A DNA stretch of 64,000 bases from Camelus dromedarius (taxonomy: Eukaryota): contig NC_087445.1 of the NCBI RefSeq assembly GCF_036321535.1, positions 744,001 to 808,000 of the forward strand, written 5' to 3'. Position numbers and translations under genes: made by a program. Below, in pieces: positions 39,958-51,620 of this stretch. Below the pieces are notes generated by a model. The model was not told the DNA's origin and searched no databases. It saw only the letters and a program-made list of their open reading frames with translations. How positions within the stretch are numbered: the first letter of the stretch is position 1; every line of letters starts with the position of its first letter.

Positions 39958-41356
39958 GTGTGTAACAAATCTAGTGATTTGTAACAAATTACCCCAAAGT
40001 ATAGTGGTTAAAACAACAGTAAACATTTATTGTCCCTCCAGTTTTTATGGGTCAAAAATTCAGAAGCAGCTTGGCAGGTGGTTCTGGCTCAGAGTCTCTT
40101 GTAAGGTGCAGTCAGATGTTGGTCAGGGCTGCAGTCTCACCTGAAGACTTGACTGGGGTGGGAGATCCACTTCCAAGGTGATTCACTCCCTCACGGCCAG
40201 CTGGTGCTGGCTGTTGGCTGGGGGCTTCAGCTCCTCCCCACCCAGGGCTCTTTTCAGTGTTGCTTGAGTGTCCTCATGACCTGGCAATGGCATCCCTAGA
40301 ATGATTGATCCAGAAAGGAAAGGCAGAAGGTTTTTCTATGACCTAACCTCAGAAGGCACATCACCTTATTCCTACCACATTTGTTAAAATTGTCTTGTCT
40401 TATTTTTAAGTTTTTAAGCCATTTGGAGTTTATTTTTGGGTATTGTGTGAGGGAGTGTTCTAACTTCATTGATTTACATGCAGCTGTCCAATTCTCCCAA
40501 CACCACTTCCTGAAGAGACTGTCTTTACTCCATTGTATATTCTTGTCTTCTTTGTCAAAGATTAATTGACCAGAAGTCTGTGGGTTTATTTCTGGGCTCT
40601 CTATTCTGTTCCATTGAGCCATATGTCTGTTTTTGTACCAATACCATGCTGTTTTGATTACTGTAGCATGCACCCNNNNNNNNNNNNNNNNNNNNNNNNN
40701 NNNNNNNNNNNNNNNNNNNNNNNNNNNNNNNNNNNNNNNNNNNNNNNNNNNNNNNNNNNNNNNNNNNNNNNNNNNNNNNNNNNNNNNNNNNNNNNNNNNN
40801 NNNNNNNNNNNNNNNCCATTTGTAGCAACATGGATGGACCTGGAGATCATCATTCTAAGTGAAGTAAGCCAGAAAGAGAAAGCAAAATGCCATATGATAT
40901 CACTTATATGCGGAATCTAAAAAAACAGACAAAAAAAGACACAAATGAACTTACTTACAAAACAGAAACAGACTCAGACATAGAAAGCAAACTTATGGTT
41001 AGCAGTGCGGAAAGGGGTGGGAAGGGATAAATTGGGAGTCTGAGATTTGCAGATACTAACTACTATATATAAAATAGATAAACAACAAGTTTATACTGTA
41101 TAGCACAGGGAACTATATTCAATATCTGGTAGTAATCTATAATGAAAAAGAATATGAAGACAAATATATGTATGTATGTGTATGACTGAACTATTATGCT
41201 GTACGTCAGAAATTGACACAACATTGTAAACTGACTAGACTTCAATTTTTTTAAAAAAGTGAATCACTAAGCCCAACCCACACGCAAGGGTAGGAGGGCC
41301 CCATCTTTTGGAGAGAAGAGAGTCAAAGCACTGTGGATATATTTTAAGCCACCACA
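39958..41356 (-). mobile_element. MLT1 (MaLR) LTR split by a younger L1 (arms about 39958-40390 and 41254-41356)
   Basis: GTAACAAATTACCCCAAA...GGCAGGTGGTTCTGGCTCAGAGTCTCT; right arm GAATCACTAAGCCCAACCCACACGCAAGGG...TTTTAAGCCACCACA. Confidence 0.85.
40391..41253 (+). mobile_element. 5'-inverted (twin-primed) artiodactyl/camelid L1 insertion
   Basis: 40391-40667 is antisense ORF2 ([29 protein letters not shown]); 40668-41250 is the sense 3' end (ATGCACCC...CCATTTGTAGCAACATGG...ACATTGTAAACTGACT) with an A tail; target TT|AAAA. Confidence 0.85.
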
Positions 41357-43099
41357 AGTGGCATTTCTAAGCCAATTTCTCCCCCAGAAGCCCTGACTCT
41401 GCCCAAGCTCCAGGGTTGTAATTCCCTTTGGATGAGAACTTGGAGAAAGATTTTTTGAAAATCTATCAACTATTTCCCCTCTTTCAACTTTTTAAACTTG
41501 GTAATAAGGTTGGATGTGTTCCAGCCATTGAGCAGTACCAAAGACCTTTTCTTTTAGGGTTTCAAATATGTAGGGTGATCTAAATCAGAGATATGATGGG
41601 AACAATCATTGTTCCACCTGCACAAAATGACTCAGGGGTCTGCAGAGTGTGGAGTCGCCTTGCTCATCTTTGGCTCATCCTGTGTGTTCATTCGAGTCAC
41701 AAGGCTCTGCTGTCTTTTAACTCATTTCATGAGTCTTGTTCTGAGATGCCTTAACTGTAAATGTTGAAGGGAGCTTTGATTCTAAAGGGTCTTGTCAAGG
41801 GCATGTGTTAGGTGCAATTTTAGGAGTAAAATTAGTTCACTGGGAGCTGCCCACAGAGCCTCAGCCCCTCTGGCATGGGGTTGGAACAGGCCGAGGCCTC
41901 TGCTCTGGGCACTGTGATGTGGGGTACATGTGACAGTGTCACCTCCAGTCGCCTAGTTGGGGATCCCTGTGAACTTCCCAGTCCCTGCACTGGGCGGCCC
42001 AGTGTGTATCTGGTGAATGTGTGTGCCCCCTGGGATGGGAGCCTCTCCTCTTGGTGAAAGGATCATTTATGAATGAATCTAAGAGATGAAGGAAAGTTAC
42101 TCACTGAGCACTTACTGCGTACCAGGTGCTTTGAAGAGGCGACACACATCAAGTCCTCCATAGTGATGGGACAGGGTCCAGGAGGCCGGCGGTCTCCACT
42201 TAAGGGGGAGGACTCAGAGGGAAGGGCTGTGCTGGGGGGGGGGTACGGGCCTCTCCACAGCTGGCCCACAAGCAGGTCAGTAGGGGAAGGGGTGGGATGG
42301 AGTGCTCACTGCAGCAGGCACTGGGCCTTCCAGGTGCCAATTCATATGAGTCTCCCACCTGCCCAAGCAGCACAACAAGGGGCAGAGCCAGGGTGCGAAC
42401 CCCAAAGGTCCCCCTGGGTCACCCTCAGAAACTGGCCTATTACCTTTCTTCTGACCCGGAGTCATGAAACTGGCAGGCCTCCACCCTCCCTTGGTGTGAA
42501 AAAATGAGTGTACATCCCCAGGGGGCTGCCAGTCTCACTGGACCCATGTGGCTTCTCCCTGAGTGCTCACATCAACCCCACGGTTAGGAGCATACCCACT
42601 TTCCAGACAGGGAAACTGAGGATTTCCTAAGGCTGTTGAACTCATTGATGAAGGGCTGGGGCTCAGGCCCAGGGACCTTCTGACAGCTTCGACAGTGAGT
42701 CTTTGTTGTGGCAGCTCTGTGCACAGAGCTGGGATGCAGCCTGGGTGAGGCAGGCAGGGCCGCGCTCATGGCCACAGAGTCCCCCAGAAACACTGACAGC
42801 ACAGGTCTCAGCGCACCTCCTTGTGGGTCCAGAACCCGGCCTCACTCCAGCCAGGAGCTCTTACAACACCTTGCCTTTCTCCACTCTCTTTTAGTCCCTC
42901 CCTGTCCTCCCCCTCCTCTCCCTCTCCCAGCTGCCCATCCTCCTTCCTGCTTCCCATCATGGTCAGGATGAATTTTAACCTTGCCTGTGTTCCCGCTGTG
43001 AAGTTTGGGTTGGTCCCCAGCTCTCACTCCAGGCCACCACTGCAGCCTCCGCACTGGTCCCCTTGACCCATGCTACCTTTTCCTGTGCTCTGCTGATTA

Positions 43100-43470
43100 C
43101 ACCCTCATCCTTCAAAGTTCCCTGAAGCCTGTCCCCACCCAGCAGCCAGAAGCCTTTCAACCTGTAATTCATCTGTCCTCTGTACAGGGCCTTTCCATAG
43201 CTCTTAGAATAGAATCCAGACTCTTCCAGGCTGACAAGGACTCCAGAACAGCCTCAGCCTTCTGCTCTGGTCTCAGCCATTTCTGTTCCTGCCTCAGGGC
43301 CTTTGCACCTGCTATTCTCTCTGCCTTCCCCATCCTCTGCAGGTCAGAGCCTCCGTCTCTCCGAAGTCACCATCACCTTTTCTTGTTTTATTTCCTTCAT
43401 TGAACTTTCAGCCTCCAGAAACTTTCTCGTTCATTTGCCTTTTCTGTGTCCTTCACAAGAATAAGAGCCC
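43100..43470 (-). mobile_element. L2 fragment
   Basis: CTCTTAGAATAGAATCCAGACTC...CAGGGCCTTTGCACCTGCTATTCTCTCTGCCT. Confidence 0.6.
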
Positions 43471-44067
43471 CACCCTTGAAATCAGAAACCTCTTCATCTG
43501 TCTGGTTCCTCATTTTCCTGCAGCCCCATTTCCTGACACAGTCTGGCTGAGGAGGAGGATGAGTTGGGGGTAACGATTTCTGAAAGCCTCCGTGACCTCT
43601 TTTGCCAGCCCCGTTCCGGACTACTGTGATGACCTCTGACCTCAAAGCTGCATATGACCGCGATGGCCTCTGCTGGCCCTGGACCATCATTCTAGAAGCA
43701 GAAGCTCTTGCTGTGTGGAGTTCTTGGCAGTGTGTACAGCCTGGAGCTCAGAACTCACTGGTGCAGTAGCTGGTTAGTTTTATTACATCTGCCTCTCCAT
43801 CCTCCAGGTGCCCACAGCCTGCAGGGCACATCACTGCTAGGGTATGGGCTCTGGAAAGCAAAACACCAACCGACCAGAAACCCCACCCTGCCAAGAGCGA
43901 GGGCACTGACAGGTGTACAGACAGCTCTCGGCCCAGCCCACCCATCCCAGTCCTCCCAGCATTGCACATCCCATGGACCATCCCCCTGCGGGCACCTCCT
44001 TTCTTCCCAGCCTCTCCTTCTTCCCCTGAGAGTTCAGCAAAGTCACACTCCTCACCCTGGCCTGGCT

Positions 44068-44108
44068 TGGTGATGGTGATGATGGTGGAGGTGGTGGTGG
44101 TGGTGACA
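44068..44108. repeat. (TGG/TGA)n simple repeat
   Basis: TGGTGATGGTGATGATGGTGGAGGTGGTGGTGGTGGTGA. Confidence 0.85.
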
Positions 44109-44959
44109 GGTGTAGGAGGCCTTCTCAGGGCAGGCCTGTGCTCAGCATGCTCCTTTAGTCCCATGGTGCCCTGTGCTGGCTTCTAGTGTGTTCTGTCCAC
44201 AGGGGTGGGGAGATGGGGGAAGCAGGATAGGGGGTGGGGCCCTGGGGAGAAGGAGAGGGGTGGGGGAAGGTCTGGCAGGCATTTCCTGCCAAGGCCTGCT
44301 CAGCACTGCCCAGCCCCTTCTCACCCTCTCCTCCCCTCCTCTAGCCTCCTCCCCCTCCCCCCACTGCAAGAGGGCTGAGAAGGAGGGGTGGGTCCCTGTG
44401 AAGTTGAGGGGAGAGGGACCCAGAGAAACCAAGAAAGGAGAGAGCTCAGAGCAAGTCTGCAAAGCCCCCACTCCCACCCAAGAACCCTTGAACCTGGCTG
44501 GGGGGGTGGGGGTAGGGCTGGATTTGGACCCTGGTGGGCCATCCATTTTGAACTCAGCGACCTGGCATGATTTGTGACTTGTCTGAGAGCCAGTCAGCCT
44601 CTGGAGGTTGTGAGGGTCCCCATGTGGGGACACGTGGTGACTGTCATCCTGTGGGAGGCCACATGATCGCTGATCTTGCCACCACTGAGGAGAGCATCCC
44701 TGGTGGGTCACCTCTGGCTCTGGGACTGAGAGCAGCTCTGGGGTCTGGGACTGGGAGGGCCTCTAAGGTCAGGGAACCCACACTTGTCCACACTGCCTGT
44801 CCAGCTGGACATAATCAGAATCACTGGGTCTCCCAGGCTGGCAGGGGACAGGCATGGCCATACCAGATCACTGAACATTCAGCCTGCTGCTCAGGCCCTG
44901 GGACACCTCAGAGCTTACATTCTGGAAGAGGTGGGAACCAAGCAGACAAAATAAGGCTG

Positions 44960-45505
44960 ACTTTGAAGAGCCTGGGTGGAAATGAAACAGGGGTCTGGAT
45001 GGGAGGAGTGGCTACAGGAGACCAGGGGTCAGAGGGCATCTCCCTGCCCAGTTGTGGGGACGAGCTGGTTGGCCGTGGCATGACTAGGGGCAGTAGAAGC
45101 AATGACAAGGACGATTGGGTGTGACCTGGGCCCTACGGAGGATCCAGTGTGGCTGCCCTCATGGAGAGGGATCGACAGTAAAGGAAGAAAATAAACAAAC
45201 AAGATTAGATCAGATGGTGATGAGAGCCAGGAAGGCAAAAGAAGGTGATGAGTTCTGGGTGGGTGGGAGCCAGAATGGTCCCAGGAGGCCTCTGTGAGGG
45301 GACACCTATGAGCTGACGCATGTGGCATGTCCTGCAAGCCTGCAAGTCCTGCAGCAGAAGGGGTTGGGGGAGGCTCACTGAGTCCCAGGAGAAAAGATCA
45401 GGTTGGTGGCTGGAGCCAGCTCACTCGGGGTCTTGTGGACCACGGTGAAGCGGGAGCATGTTATTCCAAGTGGCATGGGAGCCATGGCAGGATTTTGAGG
45501 AAGGA
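44960..45505 (+). mobile_element. L2 fragments
   Basis: GGTCTTGTGGACCACGGTGAAG...GGGAGCCATGGCAGGATTTTGAG. Confidence 0.5.
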
Positions 45506-46029
45506 AAGAATTTAAAAAAAAAAAAAAATCCCACTGCCCACCTTAAGAAACCATCACTAAACCCAAAGTAAACAGAAGGAAGGAAATAATAAAGGTTAGA
45601 GCAGAAATACAAGAAACAGAAAATAAGAGTAGAGAAAATCATTGAAACCAAAAATTGGTCCTTTTAAATGACCTGCAAAATAGATAAACCCATAGACTAA
45701 GGAAAGAAGAAAGAAAAATCAAATTACTAAAATCAGAAATGGAAGAAGGGATATTACTGCCAATCTTCGAGAAGGAAAAAGACTATAAAGGCTTACTGTG
45801 AACGATGGTACACCAACACGTTGGATGAGATGGACCGATTCCTAAGAAGACGTTAACTACGAAAACTGACTCAAGGAGAAACGGGAAATCTGAATAGACC
45901 TCTGGCAAGTAGAGAGAGTGAATCAATAATCAAAACTGTCCATGTAGAAAAGCTCTGGACCTGATGGCTTCACTGGTGAATTCTACCCCAAATTTAAAGA
46001 ATTAACATTAAACCTTCACAAACCCTTCA

Positions 46030-46058
46030 AACAAACAAACAAACAAACAAACAAACAA
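46030..46058. repeat. (AAAC)n microsatellite
   Basis: AACAAACAAACAAACAAACAAACAAAC. Confidence 0.9.
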
Positions 46059-46190
46059 AAAAAAAACAGAATAGGAAGAAACAATAATTTCCATTTCATT
46101 CTGTGAGGCCAGAATTACCCTGATACCAAAACCAGGAAAAAAAAAATCAGAAAAAAACATAGCTACAGACCAACATCTCTCATGAATATA

Positions 46191-46500
46191 GAGTTGTCCA
46201 TCCTTGGGGAATTGGTTCTAGGACACNNNNNNNNNNNNNNNNNNNNNNNNNNNNNNNNNNNNNNNNNNNNNNNNNNNNNNNNNNNNNNNNNNNNNNNNNN
46301 NNNNNNNNNNNNNNNNNNNNNNNNNNNNNNNNNNNNNNNNNNNNNNNNNNNNNNNNNNNNNNNNNNNNNNNNNNNNNNNNNNNNNNNNNNNNNNNNNNNN
46401 NNTCAAGTTTTGCTGTTTGGAACATTCTGTAATTAAAAAATTTCCATTCTCCATTGGTTGAATCCACTAATTTGAACCCAAAGATACGGAGGGCCAACTG
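46191..46500 (+). mobile_element. MER2/Tigger-type MITE (TcMar) with TA TSD, contains a 176-N run
   Basis: GAGTTGTCCATCCTTGGGGAATTGGTTCTAGGAC ... GATACGGAGGGCCAACTG, flanked by TA at 46189-46190 and 46501-46502. Confidence 0.85.
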
Positions 46501-46634
46501 TAGATTCAAAACATCCTCAATAGAAGCCTTGTAAACAGAATCTAGCAGCACATTTAAAGGATTATACACCATGACCAACTTAGATCTATCCCAGGAATGC
46601 AGGTTGGTTTAACACCCAAAAATCAATCAACGTA

Positions 46635-47293
46635 CAGTTGGTCCTCATGATTCATGGATGCCATATTTGCATATCCACTTGATTGTTAAAATTTATTTGT
46701 AGCCCCCAAATCAATGCTTGTGGCACTTCCGTGATCATTCACAGAAATGTGCAGAGCAGCTGAAATCTGAGTGGCCAACACACATGTTCCCAGCTGAAGT
46801 CAAACAAGGGGACGCTTTGCCTTCTTGTTCCAGCCCTCATACTGCAAACCCCTTTTTGATGTCTATTTATTACAAAGTGCCACTTTTTGATTGTTTTTGT
46901 ACTTTTGGGTGATTTTTGCTGTTTAAAAGGGCCCTAAGTGTAGTGGTGAAGTCCTGTCTGGTGTTACCAAGGGCAAGAAGACTGTAGTGTGTCTTATGGA
47001 GAAAATATGTGTGTTATGTGAGCTTATTTCAAGCCTGAGCTGTGTGCTGGTGACTAAGAATTCATTGTTAATGAATCAACAATATATAGTAAATCAAGTG
47101 TCTTTAAACAGAAACACATATTTTAAAAAAGATTATGTGTTGACTGGTTTATGTATTGACCTGTTGATGGAACGGTGACATGAGACATGGGATCCTAACC
47201 CTGTATTTCTCTTAGGAACAGCAGTTTCGTATTTGCTAATTCAGTGTTTGAGGAGATTTTACAGAACATAACTACTGCAAATAAGCAGAACTG
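46635..47293 (+). mobile_element. MER44/Tigger7-type element with TA TSD
   Basis: CAGTTGGTCCTCATGATTCATGGA...CCCAAATCAAT...ACAGAACATAACTACTGCAAATAAGCAGAACTG; TA at 46633-46634 and 47294-47295. Confidence 0.85.
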
Positions 47294-47295
47294 TA

Positions 47296-47593
47296 CGTCT
47301 TGGTTAGTTCTCGCTGCTGTGCAGAAAGATTGAGTGGCTTATAAAAAAACAGAAATTTAGAAATTTCTCACACACAGTTCTGGAGGCTGGGAAGATTTGG
47401 TGTCTGGTGAGGGCCCATTTCCTGCTTCAGAGACAGCCATTTTCCCCTCTAACCTCACCTGGAGGAAGGGGTGAGGGAGCTCTCTGGGGCATCTTTTATA
47501 AAAGCATGAGCCTCGTGATCTAATCACCGTCCAAAGGCCCCACCTCCAAGTACCATCATGTTGGTTTCAACTTGTGAATTTCAGTCCAAGGCA
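47296..47593 (-). mobile_element. MLT1A-type MaLR LTR with perfect 5-bp TSD CTGTA
   Basis: CACAGTTCTGGAGGCTGGGAAG...TAATCACCGTCCAAAGGCCCCACCTCC...CAGTCCAAGGCA; CTGTA at 47291-47295 and 47594-47598. Confidence 0.85.
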
Positions 47594-47731
47594 CTGTAAT
47601 CCATAATACTGATGGAATGAAGGACAGAAACCACTCGATCATCTCAACTGGTGCAGAAAAAGCATTTGATAAAACCCAACACCCTTTTAGGATTAAAAAA
47701 CACTCAACAAACTAGGAATAGAAGAAACTTT

Positions 47732-48386
47732 TGTAACCAATTAGGACCCTGTGGGGCCTTCCCAGAACAGACTCCATCTCTCCTTCCCGCCCCAGCCATG
47801 TCCTCTGCCTGCCTCTTGTCTGTAGAAAAACTTTAGCCTCCTAGGTCTTCCCTGAGTTCGAAAGAGTAAATTTAATTAGAGAAATGAAAAAATGCAGGAA
47901 GAAAAGAAAATAGTCAAGCAAGACAAAAAAATAATAGTTTAGCCATTTGGACAAAGTCAGGGACCTTTAGTTCCTCCTCAGAGGCTATAGGTAATATTCT
48001 GAGCCATGTCCTTAGAGCTGTTTTGCAGACACTAATCCCTCACCAGGTGGAAGAAATTAATTACATGCTGCCCACAAAACCGTAAACCGCAGACTGGCTG
48101 GAACCAGAAGGTTGATGATACTGACTCCCGATGACCTCACCACCAACCAATCAGAAGAGAACGTCCACGAGCTGATCACACACCCCACAACCCCCTGCCC
48201 TCACTCTGTCTTTAAAAACCTTTCCCTGAAAGCCTTTGGGGAATCCAGGCCTTTTAAGCTCTAGCTGCCTGGATCCCTCACTTGGTGCCCTGCAATAAAC
48301 ACCGCACTTCTCTTCACCACAACCTGGTGTCAGTAAATTGACTTTACTGCACACAGGCAGGCAGACCCAAAGTTGATTCGGTAACA
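47732..48386 (+). mobile_element. ERV1-class solo LTR
   Basis: TGTAACC ... GGTAACA termini, AACCAATCAG, AATAAA at 48294-48299, and 4-bp TSD CTTT/CTTC within L1 text GAAAC(TTC)CTCAACCTGAT. Confidence 0.85.
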
Positions 48387-50204
48387 CTTCCTCAACCTGA
48401 TGGGAGGATCTCTGAACAGCCCACCAGGAAGATCATACTTACTGGTGACAGAGAGATGTTTTCCCCATCATCACAACACAGCAAGGAAGTCCATTCACTC
48501 CTCTTCTATTCAACATCTCAGTGGCCAGTCTAAGGCAATTAGGCAAGAAACAGATATGAAATATTTAAATGGGACAGAAAGAAATAAAATGATCTCGATT
48601 TGCAGGTCATATGGTCTTGTATATAGAAAATCCTGAGAAGTTTACAAAAAACCTTTTAGAACTAGTAAACACCATGGGTTTTGTAACCTCCTTCTCAGAA
48701 AACAAGCTTGCTAAGATCTGTTCTTCAGACTTTCCAATGTCCTTCCTCTTCCAGACTTTCCAGATGTTTCTACAACTTAGAATTTATAGGTATTCCAAAG
48801 GGAAGTTGACTGGGGCAGGGGCTGTGGGGGGTCCTTGGGTCTTAAAGCTTGGGGTTAGGACCTATGGTGCTAAGGGCTCGGTTCTGTGATCCCACAGAGG
48901 ATTCTGAGAGCACAATCCATTTGGGGTCAATGGTCCTAACCAGTGGGTAGCTGAATGCTAGATCTGGGCACTTCAGTAAAACCTGTGTTCAGAGAATTTT
49001 CTCTTTCTATAAAGGTTAAGTCATGAGTCACACAGATATGAAATGAGTACGTGCCAAAGATGTGAGCTGAGAATCACAAAAACACTGCTGCCCTCTAGCC
49101 CAGGTACCATGCCACCCTCCACTCCCCAGAAATTTCCCAGCGGAAATGGTTCAACAGCTCCCTTTTGGGCAGTAAGGGAAGCCCAAGGGGAGGTACGGGT
49201 AGGGGCAGCGCCCTCAGGTCTGAGGGGGTTAAACCAGCTGCTTTCCACCCACATGCTTCGTTTGCATTTCTATGGAGAAGGATTATTTGCATTTTTTATT
49301 AGCTCTCTCCCCCTTTCGTGGTTCTTCAGTTTTCTTCAGTCTTTCTGCAAGTTTTCCTCACACTTGGTGAAAAAGATGATACAGCAGAGATTCTGAAGAA
49401 AAACTGTGTTGAACCGTCGTTTTAAATTATATTCCTAAATCTGAAAACTTTATACAGACTTTGCCGTGATTTCCATAATTTACAAAGTTGCATCACCCTT
49501 ACCGTAGGCCCTGATCACTGGGTGCTGAGACATTTTATTCAATTGTTTTTTTTCTTTTTTTTTTCCTTTCTAAGGGTGCTACAAGGGTGGAGCTTGGCTG
49601 TTGTTTATTTCCACTGAGGAAGTCTCAGGGGTGCTGGGTTGCGGACGCCCAGGTCGGAGGGCAGGGCTGTCCTGTCCTTGGCCCATGTCGGTAGGCTGGA
49701 CAGGTATGAAATGGGGACTGGATGTGAATTAGACGATTCTGGAAATCTCTTAAGAGTTCTGAGATCATTCCACAAATTCTTGAGTAGCTGCTCCGGGCTC
49801 AGCTCTTCGGGACCCTCCCTCCCCCAGGGAGCCTGCGGAGGACTTGTAAGCAGGCTCTGGGATCACTCAAAAAAGCAGCCCAGCCTCCACGGAAGGTGGG
49901 TTTTGTGCAGTTTTTGGCAACTGAAATTAGGCTGTTTTCACTTTGGGTTTATTCCTAAATGTGTCTGAATGTGAGCCTAGCAATGTTAAGAGTTACGTGG
50001 GGACATATATTTGCTCCAGGGTGCCTAGGATGTGCTGTGGTCTATTTAATTTCAGTCCCAGTTTCAAAGGAGCTGATGGTGGCCTGGGAAGATGCTGTGT
50101 TAGGAGCTGCCCACGCAGTCCTAGGGACACCAGCACCGAGGGGAGATGATGTCACAGTGGGACCGATGAGAGGCGCTGTGCTAAACCTTTGCCCGTGTTG
50201 CCTC

Positions 50205-50295
50205 TTTTAATCCTTTCAATAACCAGAAGAGGTTGGTACTCATTATTCTCATGAGGTTCAGAGAGGGTAAGTAACTTGCTCAAGGGCACACAGTC
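50205..50295 (+). mobile_element. MIR fragment
   Basis: TTTAATCCTTTCAATAACC...GAGGTTCAGAGAGGGTAAGTAACTTGCTCAAGGGCACACAG. Confidence 0.7.
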
Positions 50296-50724
50296 CCTCA
50301 ACTCTCCATCCTGCTGCCTCTGGAGATGAGATGCGGGGCCGAAGAACAGTTGAGGAGAGATGGTGACTGCCGTGGGTGTCCACCCGGTGTCCCAGGGCTC
50401 CGAAGACAAGGAGTCTTGCCCAGTGTGTGTGTGTGGTGGGGGTGAGAGGGGTGACACTGAGGACAGGCCTCTGAGCTGGGTGTGAAGTATCGGAGAGACA
50501 AGGTGCGGCCCTCAACCTTACTTTAATGGGTACAGCTTTCTTATTAAAGGCTGAACTAAATGCTCTGTTGCTAGAAAAAAGAAAATATATTTCTGGCCCC
50601 GGAGAAGGCTGGAGCCATGCTGAGGAGCCTTGAACACCAGGGTTTACAGAAAAGTTGCAAAACTAGTGCAGGGTTCCCAAGGACTCCTCACCCCGCTCCC
50701 CGGAATGTAAACTCTTGGTAACCA

Positions 50725-51620
50725 CAGAACAATGATCAAAACAAGTAAATTTACCTTAGTATGATATTATTAGCTAAACGCCAGATCTTCTCCAAATTTT
50801 GCCAAACCCTACTCACGCACAGTTTTTCTATTCTAGAATCCCACCCTGCATTCTTTATTTCTCTGGAATCTCCCCCAGATTGTCACGATGCCTGGGTCTC
50901 TCTTTGTCATTCCTGATCTGGATGAAAGAGTACTGGCCGCTGTTTCTAGAGAATGTCCATCAGTTTGAGCTTTTCCTTCATTTCCTCATGGTTGGAGTGA
51001 GGTGATGCGTTTCGGTAAGAATATTACAGAAGCGATGCTGTGTCCTTCTCAGTGTGTCCCGTCAGCACACCTGTGACGTCAGCACATCCCTCCCTGGCGA
51101 TGTTAAGCTTGATCGCTTGGTTGAGCTGGTAAATTTCTCCACTGTGATGTTCCTCCCTTTCCCTCCATAGTTGGTAAGTGTCTTGGGGGAGACGATGCAA
51201 ATCCTGTTTCTCCTCACATTTTCACCCTTGCCTTTTGCCTCCGTCGGGACGTCTTGTCTACAGCGTTTACTCCTAGTGTTTGCCTGATGGGGATTCTCAC
51301 ATCCCTCTTCCCATCTTCATTTGTTGATTGAAATTTTGCAAGGAAGCACCATCTCTTCTCTTGCGTTTGTTTATTGACTTCAGTTGCTAACATCAGCACA
51401 GATTCATGGATATTTATTTTATTTGAGGGGTTAAAATCTGACGCCATCATTTATTTTGTTGCTAAAATTATTTCAGCTTTGGCAAACAGGAGCTCCTTCA
51501 GGTTGAGTCCTGAGCTCTATTGACAAGCCCCCATCTTGGTTTCTTTTGTGTGTGAGAGCATTTCCTTACTTTCTGGTGCCAACAGATGCTTCCTGCTCAC
51601 CTTGTATTTTCAGGGGGTCC
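50725..51620 (-). mobile_element. L1MC-like 3' fragment
   Basis: GAATATTACAGAAGCGATGCTGTGTCCTTCTCAGTG; AAAATTATTTCAGCTTTGGCAAACAGGAGCTCCTTCAGG. Confidence 0.7.

Larger units (their letters stand above)
45520..48670 (+). mobile_element. Old L1 ORF2 segment, host to four nested insertions
   Basis: AAACCCAAAGTAAACAGAAGGAAGGAAATAATAAAG...GGACCTGATGGCTTCACTGGTGAATTCTAC...GCAGAAAAAGCATTTGATAAAA...TATATAGAAAATCCT; the text resumes seamlessly across each insertion. Confidence 0.9.
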
